A stretch of 64,000 bases of DNA from Mobula hypostoma (taxonomy: Eukaryota), in the NCBI RefSeq assembly GCF_963921235.1, contig NC_086118.1, forward strand, positions 13,642,001 through 13,706,000. Reading direction: 5' to 3'. Under the pieces are notes generated by a model. It did not search any database and was not told the DNA's origin. It worked only from the letters and a program-made list of their open reading frames with translations. How positions within the stretch are numbered: the first letter of the stretch is position 1; every line of letters starts with the position of its first letter. Positions 25,765-38,573 of this stretch are shown here, one piece after another. The position numbers and the translations under genes are program-made.

Positions 25765-28700
25765 TTAAAACCATAAGACACAGGAATAGAATTAGGTCAA
25801 TAGTCCCATCGAGTCTGTAGTGCCATTCAATCATGGCTGACCTTTCTCTTCCCTCCTCAGCTCCTCTCCCCGGCCTTTTCCTCATAACCTTTGATGCTGT
25901 GTCCAATCAAGAACCTATCAAGCTCTGCCTTAAGTGCACCCAACGGCCTGGCCTACACTGCTGCCTGTGGCAATAAATTCCACAAATTCACCACCCACTG
26001 GCTAAAGAAATTACTCCGTATCTCTATTTTAAATAGATGCATCCTCTATCCTGAGGCTGTGCCAGCGAGCACAGATCCAACGCTATCAAACATTCCTCAT
26101 ATGATAACTCTTTCATTCCTGGAATCATTATTGTGAACCGTCTCTGAACCCTCTCCAATGCCAGCATATCTTTTCTTGGATGTGGAGCCCGAAACTGTTC
26201 ACAATACTGAAGGAGAGGCCTACCCATACTGCCTTATAAAGCCTCAGCATCACATCTCTGTTCTTCTATTCTAGACCTCTTGAAATGAATGTTAACGTTG
26301 CATTTGCTTTCTTCACCACTGACTCTACTCACAAGTTAAACTTTAGGGTATTCTGCACAAGGACTCCCAAGTCCCTTTGCATCTCAGATTTTTGGATTTC
26401 TCCCTGATTACAAAATTGTCTGCCCACTTATTTCTTCTATCAAAGTGTGTGACCCTGCATTTTCCAGCATTGTATTTCATTTTCCACATTCTTGCCCAGT
26501 CTCCTAATCTGTCTAAGTCCTTCTGCAGCCTACCTCTTTCCTCAACACTACCTGCCCCTCCACCAATCTTTGTATCATCTGCAAACTTGGTAACGATGCC
26601 TTCTATTGCATCATCTAACTCATTGGCATACAGCATAAAAAGAAGCAGACCCAGCACTGACCCCTGTGGAACACCACTAGACACTGACAGCCAAACAGTA
26701 AGGGATCCTTTTATTCCCACTCGCTGCCTCCCTACCAATCAGCCAGTGTTCTAACCATGCCAGTAACTTTCGTGTAATACCATGGCTCTTAACTTGGTAA
26801 GCAGCCTCATGTGTGGCACCTTGTCAAAGGCCTTCTGAAAGTCCAAATATACAACATTGATTACATCCCCTTTATCTATCTTACTTGTAATCTCCTCAAA
26901 GAATTCCAACAGGTTTGTCAGGCAGAATTTTCCCTTAAGGAAACCATGCTGACTTTGTCCTATCTTATCCTTTGTCACCAAGTACTCCATCACCTCATCC
27001 TTAACAATTGACTCCAACATCTTTGCAACCACTGAGGTCAGGCTAACTGGTTTATAATTTCCTTTCTGCTGCCTTCCTCCTTTCTTAAGGAGTGGAGTGA
27101 CATTTGCAATTGTCAAGTCCTCTGGCACCATACCAGAGTCCAATGATTTTTGAAAGATGGTTACTAATGCCTTCACAATCTCTTCTGCTACCTCTTTCAG
27201 AACCCTAGGATGCAGCTTATTTGGTCCGGGTGACTTATGTACCCTTAGATCTTTCAGGTTTTTGAGCAGCTTCTCCCCTGTGATAGTAACTGCACCCACT
27301 TCTCTTCCATTGTACCCTTCACCATCTGGAACACTGCTGGTGTCTTCCACAGTGAAGATTGATGCAAAATACTTAATTAATTCTTCTGCCATCTTCCTTG
27401 CCCCCTGTTATTATTAGTCCCATCCCATTTTCTAGCGGTCCTATATCCGCTGTCATCTCTCTTTTATTTTTTGCATACTTGAGAAAGTTTTCACTATCCA
27501 CTTTGATATTTGTTAGCTTGCTTTCATATTTTATCTTTTCCATCCTAATGATTCTTTTTAGTTGCTTACTGTAGGTTTTTAAAAACTTCCCAGGCCTCTG
27601 TATTACCACTAATTTTTGCACTGTTATATGCCCTTTCTTTTGCTTTTACATTAGCTTTAACTTCCCTTGTCAGCCATGGTTGTACTGTTTTGCCATTTGA
27701 GTATGTCTTTGTCTTTGGACTATGTCTATCCTGCACCTTTCATATTTTTCCCAGAAACTCAAGCTATTGCTGCTCTGCTGACATCCCTGCCAGCATCTCC
27801 TTCTAATTTACTTTGGCCAACTCCTCTCTCATACCACTGTAAGTTCCTTTACTCCACTGAAATACTGTTACATCAGACTTTACTTTCTCCTTATCAAATT
27901 TGAAGTTGAACTCAATCATATTGTGATCACGGCCTCCTAAGGGTTATTTTGCCTTAAGCTCCCTAATTACCTCTGGTTCATGACAGAACACACAATAGTT
28001 GATCCCCTAGTAGGCTCAATGACAAATTGTTCTAAAAGCCATTTCGTAAGTATTCAACAAGCTCACTCTCTTGTGATTCATTACCAACCTGATGTCACAT
28101 CTTTCTACTGATCTGATGCCATTCTTTACCAGCAGAGCCATGTCGTTCCCTCTGCCAACTTTCCTATCCCTCCGATACAACGTGTAACCTTGGACATTCA
28201 TCTCCCAACTACAACCATCCTTCAGCCAGGGTTCAGTGACGGCCACAAAATCATACCTGGCAATCTCTAATAGTGCAACAAGATCATCCACCTTATTTCT
28301 TATACTCCGTGCATTGAGATGTAACACTTTGAGTGCTACATTTGCTAACCTTTTTGATTCTGCATCCCTAATACATTGATACTCATCCTGCTGGCTACAA
28401 TTTTATCCTATCATCTGTCTGCCCTTCCTGACAGTCTGACTGCGCATTATCTTTGCTGTTTTACCATCCATCCTATCCTGCGTCCCTTCACTCCAGTTCC
28501 CACCCCCCTCCACAACAGCTCTAACAAACCTGCCCATGAGAATATTGTTCCCCCTTGGCAACCTATCACTTTTGAACAGGTCATGCCTCCTCCAAAAGAG
28601 ATCCCAATGACCCAAGAGCAAAAAACCCTGCCCCCTGAACCAACTTCCAAGCCACACATTTATCTGCCAAATCATCTTGTTTCTACCTTCACTGGCATGT

Positions 28701-28890
28701 GGCTCAGGCAGCAGTCCAGAACTTACTACCCTGGAGGTCTTGCTTCTCAGCTTTCTACTCACCTTTAAATTCTCTTTTCAGGACCTCTTTGCTTTTCCTT
28801 CCTATGTCATTGGTATCAATATGTACCAAAACTTCTGGCTGCTCTCCCTCCCTCTCTGTGGACACAGTCCAAGATGTTCCTAACCCCAGA
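25765..28890 (-). mobile_element. CR1 LINE with internal deletions (ORF1 esterase, APE, RT fragments)
   Basis: ORFs 28403-28762 (VVSSGLLPEP, HWDLFW), 28016-28327 (LNARSIRNK), 26751-27392 (YLDFQKAFDKVPH), 26343-26738 ([15 protein letters not shown]). Confidence 0.9.
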
Positions 28891-29969
28891 ACGTGATAGA
28901 GGTTTCAGAAATCCTGAGTGGCATAGATATACTCAGCTTTTTTCTCCTGGGACAAGGGAGAGAGGAGGAAGATCTAAAAGAGACGTAAATGAAACATTTT
29001 CATTCAGAGGGAAGTGGCTATATGGAATGAAATGGTAGAGGCCAGGTACAATTTCTATACTTAAAGGATATTTGGACAAGCAGACAAATAGGAAAGTTTT
29101 AAGGGCTAAACACAGGAAAATGGGACTAGCTCAGGAAGGCACCTTTTTCAGCATGGATTCGTTGGGCCAAAGGACCTGTTTCTGTGCTGTAGAACTCAAT
29201 GGCTCTCTTTGTGTGGTAAGTTTTTACTTAGAGAGAAGTAGCTTCCAGGAAAGATAGTAGAAGCAGTTATGAGAGCCATGTTTTAGAGATCTTTAGGTGC
29301 TCACACTATAGTCAAGAATTGAAGAATACAGACCATGTACAAGCAAATGTGGTTAGGGAATTTGGCATCATAGTTAGCATTAATGTACTGGGCTGAGAGG
29401 CAATCTGTTGTACTGTTCAAAATGTTAGTGCTAAATCACCTGAAGAACGCATAGAAAGAAATAATGTTAGAAGCTACCTTACTGCCATTATTGTGGTGTT
29501 AAAATTGTATTGTGGGTCACAGTAACTCTGTGAGAGTCTCATAAAAATTGAGATAGTAGCCAATTGCCATGCATTATCTCTTTGCTCTGTGTAATGCCCC
29601 ATTTAAACTGACATTGTTGGCTTTCACGTGGTGTTCTCTGGTCAGCTTTTACAGCTGCCAAAATATAGTCTCACTGTTGTCTATTCTATAAGGCAGCCCT
29701 TAAAGTGATGCAATGCCCTCACTGGGCACGTATGCAAACTTGGCCAGTTAGCTAATTCTGCTAACAGCTGCAGGATCCTGGTGTGAGAAGGCCACCTTTC
29801 ATTAGCAGTATAATCTAGGGTCCATATGATGAGTTTAAAATTTGTTTAGTTTAAAGCATTATAGGAAGATAAGGTCTAAAGTCAATAGTTTTGAGTAAAT
29901 AACTGAGTTAATGTAGTCAGACTTTTAAGAATGCATGAGGTAAACACAGATCTGGAGATTATTGTATCC

Positions 29970-30875
29970 TGTGACGAAAGAGGGTTACAAAAGTACACAT
30001 AGACTAAGATATTAACTGTCCTGTGCTATCACAAGTGGGAACATCAGTTGATCTGCCAACTGTCTTCAGGAGAGAGATAAGTAAGACAATGGAGCAGCAT
30101 TTGGAAATGTTAATGAAGAGACGAGAGAATTTAACGGAAGGAGACACCGGTCTGCATATTGTCAAGACCGGTTCCTTTGATCCTGACCTGATTGAAGTGA
30201 TGGACAGGTGATACCCCAACAGGGGGATAAAAAGAGACAGGTTCGCTAAGGCAACAGACACCACACGAGACACCACTCACGAGACCACGAGGTATCGAGA
30301 CCCTGGAAGCGGTGCGCCCCCACAAGTCGGTGGAAATTTTGGAGGGCTGGTCACGAGATCAGCCATAGACGCACAGGGTGGAAAGATTTGGTCGGCGGGA
30401 ACCTGGTGTGTGTGTCCACCCTTGCCTGGGTGCCGGGTTCACCGCAGAGGAACGATCGTATCTGGAATGGAGGGGTCACAGTCGGTGACCTCAGAAGACA
30501 TTACAAAGGGCTTGCCCGAAAGCTAACTGCGAGAAATATCAAAGGACTGTTGAATCCGATTTTGAATATCAGCATTCGCTCTCTCTCTCTCTCTTCAATG
30601 GCACAACAACGATTGCTGCGAACTGAACTAAACTGGACTCTGTCACTTGTGATTGATCATTTTACCCCTAGACTGTGATAGAGCTTGATTGATCCTATTC
30701 TAGTTCTGTGTACATGTGTGTTTATTCAGTGCTAACCTGTTGCATTTATATCCTTACTATTAGAGTACTATGTTGCTTATTTCTTTAATAAAACTTTCTT
30801 AGTTCCAGTAATCCAGACTCCAACTGAGTGATCCACTTCTGCTGGTTTGGCAACCCAGTTATGCGGTACGTAACA
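29970..30875 (+). repeat. 5' LTR
   Basis: TGTGACG...CGTAACA; direct repeat of 34001-34910. Confidence 0.93.
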
Positions 30876-30879
30876 TAAG

Positions 30880-30898
30880 TGGGGTTCTCGCCCGCGAT
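30880..30898 (+). promoter_or_regulatory. Primer-binding site, tRNA-Pro-like
   Basis: TGGGGTTCTCGCCCGCGAT, 4 nt after the LTR, resembles the tRNA-Pro PBS TGGGGGCTCGTCCGGGAT. Confidence 0.75.
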
Positions 30899-30975
30899 TT
30901 TGAATGCTAAATTTGGGACGGGGTAAATTGATTGGGTTAAAATTCCCGAAAGAAAGAAAAGACAAACAGCAGAAA

Positions 30976-33885
30976 TAGAGATTGAGGAATTTCTAAAGGC
31001 GCCGACCTTGGAGGCATTAAAGGATGCCAGGAAAGTGGAATTGGCAGCTGTGGCAATCTTGTTGAATCTTGTTAAGGGAAGTCGTCAATGTGGAGAGAGG
31101 AGATGCACAGAGCTATCGTAGAGGGGAGCTGGAGGTGATATCTATTGGAAAACCTAGTGGGGACGCAGTACAGGTGCAGCTTGAAAAACTGAGACTCGAG
31201 CATGAGTTCCGGGTACGGCAGCTAGAACATGAACAGAAAGATAAACAGTTAGAATGGCAGGAGAAAGAGAAAGAGAGGCAGTTGGAGAGAGAAGAGAGGC
31301 AGTTGGAGCGAGAGGAGAAACAGAGGGAAAGAGAATTCGAGCTGGAAAGGTTAAAGATGATGGCAGAGCAGGGGCCCATGCCGAACCAAGGTGGAAGGTT
31401 CAGGCCGACCCAGGAGGTTAGGCTGGTTCCCCCATTTGACGATACCGATGTGGATCGGTACTTTCTCCATTTCGAAAAAGTTGCTTCGAGTCAGGACTGG
31501 CCGAGGAATAAGTGGGCTGTTTTGCTTCAGAGTGTACTTAAAGGAAAAGTCCAACAAGCTTACTCAGCTTTGTCCGCGGAAGATGCCCAGAGGTATGAGG
31601 TGGTGAAAGAGGCCATCCTCAGGATTTATGAGTTGGTCCCAGAGGCATACCGGCAGAGGTTCCAGAATGCGAAGAAGCAGTGGGACCGCACGTATTTAGA
31701 GTTTGCCCGTGAGATGCAGACATATTGTGAGCGTTGATGCGCCTCGAAGGGGGTAAATGGGGATTATGACAGACTGCTACAGCTGATCCTGATTGAGCAG
31801 TTTAAAGGTTGTATCCCTGATGGTATGAGACCCTACCTAGATGAGAAAGAGGCAGCCACGTTAGCCGCAACTGCTAAGTTAGCGGATGAGTACGCGTTGA
31901 CGCATAAAATGAAGTTTGCCCCAAGTAAAGGCTACCAGAAGGGTAGTCAGGACGGCGGGGAGAGTCCGCCGGAAAAGTCAATAAGTAAGCCAGGGACTAG
32001 TGAGAAGGATAAGGTAGACCGGGAGCAGTCTGGTAGGAAGTCTCCTGGGGTCGTCTGTTATAATTGTGGGAAAGTCGGACACTTTGCGTCCAGGTGCTTT
32101 GCCCCAAAGAAGGAGACGGGAAAAGAAAAAACGGCGATTTTGACTGGCTGTATCGAGCTGGTAAACGAACCGCTAGGGGAGGAAAGGTCTGCCAAAGTTC
32201 AGGAAGGTCGCGAGAATTTTATCTCGGCCGGATTGGTGTCAGCGAAGGAGGGGTTAAAACCAGTTCCAGTGCGGATCTGGAGAGACACGGGAGCGTGTCA
32301 TTCATTGATATTGAAGAGTGTGTTAGAGTTTAGTTCAGAGACCCAGACTGGGGAGGTCAGGGTCAAAGGTATTGGGGAAGGGACAGAAGCAGTCCCTTTG
32401 CACCAGATACACCTACAAAGCAACTTGGTCTCTGGACCAGTCACGATCGGGGTGAGGCCCGAATTACCGATGTAAGGCGTGGAAGTCTTGCTCGGTAATG
32501 ACCTCGCCGGGGGAATTGTGTTCTCGGCAGTGAGATTGACAGGTCAGCCTGCCAGCATTGAGGCCCCGCCCATGGACTCACAGGTTCATCCTGTTTGCGC
32601 AGTGACTCGCTGTATGTCCAGAGAGACTGCTGAGACGTTTCTACCAGCCTTGTATGAGGAAGGGGGTAGAAAGTGAAAAGAAGGAGCGTAATGAAACAGG
32701 AGGAATTGGGGAAATTAAGGTAGATTTATCAGTAGAAAAGAAGGACTTTATACAGGTACAGGAGCGAGACGAGGAAACAGCTCTCTCTGAAGCAGGATTA
32801 AAAAGAGAGCCAGTAGGCTATTGTGTGGAGGAGGGTGTGCTAAGGAAGAAAGGGAGACCAAGTACCGCAGATGAGGAATGGGGGGTGGTGCAAAAGAGTT
32901 ATGGGGATGAGATTTTTAACCTGGCCCACAAAGTACCCCTCGGTGGACATTTTGAGGTGCTGAAGGAAACAGTCGGCGAAGCCATGAGAGAGTTTTTCTG
33001 GCTGCACAGGAGGAAGGATGTTATTGATTATTGCAGACGCGAACTGAGACGGTCACAGGCTTTTGATATGCTAACAAACCTAGTCGGTGTTAGCGCAGAA
33101 ATCAATGAAGCTAGGGTGCCACCTGATAAGGGGAAAAACCATTTTGAAAAGATGAGTATGGTACCGACCAGATGGGAGAAGGCTATTGTTTTGGCCAGCT
33201 CTGCTGATAAGGTCTCTCCCTTAATCCCCGAACAAAGCAACCCTTTAGGAGAGTTAATTAAACGGCTCACACACGTGTGTTTGATTGTCTCGAGGCGATG
33301 CAAAGAACTGGGACGTTGGGTGGTGTTTGTCACGCTAGGTTAGCCTAGTGAGCAATATTCCTATAGAATGAGTAATTCAGTGATGAAAGGGCTAAAGAAT
33401 ACAGAAGTGTATATTGGCGATGTAAAACGGCTGTCTGAAGCCAGCTTGATAGTGAACCTTGAAAAAAATGAGTTCGGCCACGCAAAGGTCACTTATCTGG
33501 GAATTGTGGTAACACCGGGGCAGCTGGCAGCGATGCAAGCTAAGGTGCGGGCTATCTCTGACATCCCAACCCCGACAGACAAGAGGGCCCTCAGAAGGCT
33601 CTTGGAGATGGTGGGGTACTGTATGAAGTTTTGCAATAACTTTGCGGGTACTACCACTCCCCCTCCTACTAAGCCCTTGCGAAAGAAAACTAAGTCAGGA
33701 TGGGACAACACTTGTTATCGTGGTCCGGGACGAAACCCAATGAGAGGTTACACTGATCACAATTCATCAGTGTTTTCGGCCACTAGGAAGTTTGCTAAGT
33801 TGGAGCCTGGTTTAAAGGATTATTAAAATTACACCTATGAAAGGAACAGAAAATGTGATTGCTGACTGTCTGTCAGGTGTTGACA
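30976..33885 (+). pseudogene. gag (SCAN-related capsid, CCHC knuckle) - protease - integrase Zn remnant - RT/RNase H remnants
   Basis: VPPFDDTDVDRYFLHFEK..YELVPEAYRQRF; CYNCGKVGHFASRC; RDTGA and LLGNDL; LAHKVPLGGH..DYCR; VYIGDV..VTYLG..PTPTDKRALRRLLEMVGY; YTDHN and KGTENVIADCLS. Confidence 0.85.
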
Positions 33886-34000
33886 ACTTAAAATTCTCTG
33901 TATTAGCTAAATAGCTGATGAAGATGTATATTTGTGTGTATCTAATAATGTATTCATGCTTGTAATTTTTACCCCGGTAAAAATCCTTAAAGGAGAGGGA

Positions 34001-34910
34001 AGTGACGAAAGAGGGTGACAAAGGTACACATAGACTAAGATGTTAACTGTCCTGTGCTATCACAAGTGGGATCATCAGTTGATCTGCCACCTGTCTTCAG
34101 GAGAGAGATAAGTAAGACAATGGAGCAGCATTTGGAAATGTTAATGAAGAGACAAGAGAGTTTAACGGAAGGAGACACCGGTCTGCGTATTGTCAAGACC
34201 GGCTCCTTTGATCCTGAACTGTTGTAAGTGATGGACAGGCGATACCCCAGCAGCGGGATAAAAAGAGACAGGTTCGCTAAGGCAACAGACACCACACGAG
34301 ACACCACTCACGAGACCACGAGGTATCGAGACCCTGGAAGCGGTGCGCCCCCACAAGTCGGTGGGAGTTTTAGAGGGCTGGTCACGGGACCAGCCATAGA
34401 CGCACAGGGTGGAAAGATTCGGTTGGCGGGAACCTGGTATGTGTGTCTGCCCTTGCCTGGGTGCCAGGTTCACCGCGGAGGAACAATCGTATCTGAAAAC
34501 GGAGGGGTCACAGCCGGTGACCTCAGAAGACATTACAAAGGGCTTGCCTGAAATCTAACTGCGAGAAATATCAAAGGTCTGTTGAATCCGATTTTGAATA
34601 TCAGCATTCGCTCTCTCTCTCTCTCTTCAATGGCACAACAACGATTGCTGCGAACTGAACTAAACTGGACTCTGTCACTTGCGATTGAACATTTTACCCC
34701 TAGACTGCGATAGAGCTTGATTGATCCTATTATCCTAGTTCTGTGTACATGTGTGTTTATTCAGTGCTAACCTGTTGCATTTATATCCTTACTATTAGAG
34801 TACTGTGTTGCTTATTTCTTTAATAAAACTTTCTTAGTTCTAGTAATCCAGACTCCAACTGAGTGATCCATTTCTGCTGGTTTGGCAACCCAGTTACGGG
34901 GTACGTAACA
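34001..34910 (+). repeat. 3' LTR, preceded by polypurine tract
   Basis: PPT AAAGGAGAGGGA at ~33989-34000; LTR starts AG instead of TG and ends TAACA. Confidence 0.93.
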
Positions 34911-35384
34911 ATACTCAGTCCTCAATACCACCGATATTTCATTGGCACACCTGGAAGTACATAAGTTCAGTGACAAGACTCACCTTAGATTTTTTCTGTT
35001 AAATATACATTCACATATTGAGGACCCAATCATCATATAAGTAGTCAGATCAATTTCCTGACTACTGGTATTAAACGGCTCCCTCATTGTGCACTATTCT
35101 AATTGAGAGCTGTTTCTGTTTATTGAGCTGTTCCTTGTGATGTTGAAATTGATCACTGCTTGTAAGTTCCACTCACTGTAGCTTGTTAGCTAATATCACT
35201 TCTTTTTAAGTATTTAAATATTTTGATGTGTTTGTTAATGCAAGTTAATGATTTTAGAACATAAGAGGGTATATTTTTATGCTTATTTGTGAGTGAGTTG
35301 GGTGTATAGGGTGTCCAGGAAAGGGTAGCACTTCTCACAAAGGGGTTTGTACGTCCAATCTGGGGCAGCTCATTTACTATTGAC

Positions 35385-35830
35385 ACTCAGCTCCCGCCTG
35401 TGGCTCTAAGCAGCTGTTTGCATGCAATAGCGGCCACACCCTGCTACACCGCTTTGACAGGTGGGCTACGCCAGATGAGGGTAGTCAGTGGCCTTATACC
35501 GCATTGAGAAAGGGACATGCCTGTCCTAGCATGCAAAGTCAGCCCCGGTGGACTGGGTGGAAGAGATCTGCAGTGAGAATCAATGGCCAGGAGCATGGTA
35601 CTGCAATGCTCCATGGAGAGCAAAGGCATGACAAGGCATAGAGGGTATCATGATCATCCACTGCCACCAAGGAAAACCCCAGTTTGTGACGCTTGTTCGC
35701 ACCACTGGACCCAGACTTCTGAGGTCAAGAGAGAGCAACTGACCCAATGCAACAGCTTTTTCACATTAAAAACTCTCCCACATGGGTTTCCTGTTGGATA
35801 CGATGAAAAGCCACCAGAACTCAGGAGCGT
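35385..35830. mobile_element. Probable RTE-related non-coding repeat
   Basis: GC-richer island with recalled similarity to RTE UTR-derived repeats. Not verifiable here. Confidence 0.3.
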
Positions 35831-38573
35831 ATTGGGTAGAAGGCTGAAGTTCTTTGTGCCTTCGTTGACTGTGGAATACCCATCCCCTTGACCCACAAGA
35901 ACAGCATATACTTTGTGCATCGTTCTGGGAACCATTTTCCCAAGGATATTAAGAACAGAGGAGCAAGGACAAACATTCAATCCTTTACTTAGATCCAGTA
36001 ACCTTTAATACCTCAGTTAATATGCTCAGCCTGGAGAATTGTGGCTATAGCTTCACTCCACGACACATTTCCAAAGAAAAATCATGACCAAGCTAGGTTA
36101 CCTGAAGTAACCAGCATTCAATTTGATGTATTTTTTTTTCTAATGAAATGAACAATACCCAAATGAGATATTCTCAAACATGCTGTGTGTTTTACTATTC
36201 TAAGTTGTGTTCTTTTGGTAGACTTTTGAAACAGGTCATTGGGAGCTTCACCCACTAGTTCCATCTGCAAGGAAATCATGCTGATGGTTGCTTTTTCCTC
36301 TTATCTCCCTGCTCCTAGAATGGTGAAAATGGACTTTTGTTGCACAAACTCTGCAAGTCAGATATTCTAGAGTAAGATCAATCCTTGCATCTGGAGAAAC
36401 TCAGTAGGTTGACTAGCATCTGTCTGAGATCAGTCCTTGTCCCATTTAAATTAGCAAGTGCTCATACTAAACCTAGGATAGTATAAATTGGTCCCATCAC
36501 ACCTATACATATTGAAAACCTTGAATCTATATAATGGGAGCCTCAAAAACTGTGCGTGAATGATGGAAGGGATGACCCATCTTGCAAACTACCCACCTGC
36601 CAACTCTATCAGGCATATCTGTGGCGAGTCAGCTGTTGCCACATTGGTCTCACAAGCCACCTCAGAACCCACAAAACCGGGGCCGCTTAAAGGCGTCCAT
36701 GATCCAGGAACTCCATTGGGAAAAGAACATGTATTTGAATCTTAAACTTTGAATGCCTTTGTACATTAGAGTATCCCATTTACAATAAGATGGTGAACAG
36801 TTCTGTTGCCTCACATATTGTGCAGTTTGCTGAAATATCTTTGAAACTGACACATATGCTACAAAGGTTTTACTTCACAATTTATTCCATTTGTAATAAC
36901 CTTGCATATGCAAACTAGATGTGCTGAGATTCCTTTCTAATTCACTAATTGTCTAAATTTTCAGTTGAGTTCCCTATTCTATAAGCCATTCACTTGAATG
37001 AGTTTTATTATTTCATTTCAGGATCTTGAAAAGTGTAGTTTATTTAGCTTTGAACTTCTTTCCAAACAGAAGAAACTTAACTGCATTTATATTCCATATA
37101 AGTCCTCAAAATTTGTTTCAGTTTCTCACCTCTGCTTCCTCTCAAGGGCAACAATGTTGGCTAAAAAGACTGAGGTTGTAGTTCAGATAGGTTCTGACTC
37201 ACATTATTTCTTTTGAATTTGTATTAGATTACCTTGCTGATACAACCCAGTAATGATATCTGTGTTTGTAGAAGCATGGAATTTCCCCAGTACTGCAATG
37301 CTATTATCTCTCTGATTGATACTAACATGATCTTTTCTTTATACTCCCACTGCTGTCATTCATTCTAGGTACCTAATAGCAGTTCCCACAGCACAGCCTG
37401 TATGTTTATCTATTAAAAACACATTCCATGTGTTCTCTATACCCCTTGTGCTTCCAGACTAAGAAATACCTTGCTATTCTCATCTGCGTTATGCTAGTTG
37501 GCACTGCTAATAAAGAGGGTGCTAATGAAGGATTTCTCACCTTGGAGGATGGAGGCTCTGCTTGCCCCAATGCTTGCTCAGGCATATGAGATTGATTTTG
37601 ATAATGCAATTAATGTGATTGCTGCAAAAGGTACTAAGCTCATGTAAAAAATATGGTTATAATTGGACTTGTGCTAGAGTGAATACTTCGCACAAAGACT
37701 AAGTGATGACTGAGCTTAAATACTTGTGCCCTTGCCCATTTTAAAACAAAATTGCTTTCTTGGAAGTACTGCTTAAAGTCATGACCCTGATAGCATCCTC
37801 TTGAGAACATTACCAGTTATTGCAAATCAGAATAAAACCAAGGATTATCATCATGATGCTTGTGGATCAGCTGCATACTAGAATTTTTTAAAATCTCTAA
37901 TTAAAATTTCCTTGTGTAAAATAATATAAAGTGTTTTAATTTCTGTTATGGAACCATGCAAAATCAACATATTTTTGTTAATCATTTTGAAGCAATTTTT
38001 TTCAAATACTCCAGACAACAAATTTTTTCAAAAGTGTTGCTTCCTCAGAATTTTTTTTTGTATTTTGATCGACTGTTTGAAGCTGAAAGCAAATATAATT
38101 TCACAGTACTTGTTATCATGTAGGAATTTGGAGAAACTTGAAATTAACTTTTATTGAATATAATGTGTTTAATTGCATAACAGTGCTGACATTTTGCAAT
38201 AGTTCAACAAAGCTAAATATGTTTTCATGATAATTTTTATTTGTGCTCAGTGTCTGAGGCTTCTCACTTGTGTCCAACAATAATCAACCAGCATTGATGG
38301 ATTCCAGTTGCCCCGATACCATTTCTCCATGACTGCAAGGTACTATTGGAACCATCCACCATTCTTGTCACTGACAGTGCCAAGATTTGCATGGTAGAAG
38401 TCTAAATGGAAATGCAGAAAATGAATCTTTAGAGATACGTTGCACTTCATGGTTTTTATCCTTGAAGCATGTTACATAGAAACATAGAAGCATAGAAAAT
38501 AGGTGCAGGAGTAGGCTATTCGGCCCTTCGAGCCTGCACCGCCATCCAGTATGATCATAGCTGATCATCCAAC

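Larger units (their letters stand above)
29970..34910 (+). mobile_element. Gmr1-like Gypsy LTR retrotransposon with reduced pol
   Basis: Direct ~0.9-kb LTRs, PBS, PPT, gag/protease; imperfect 4-bp TSD ATCC (29966-29969) / ATAC (34911-34914). Confidence 0.92.
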
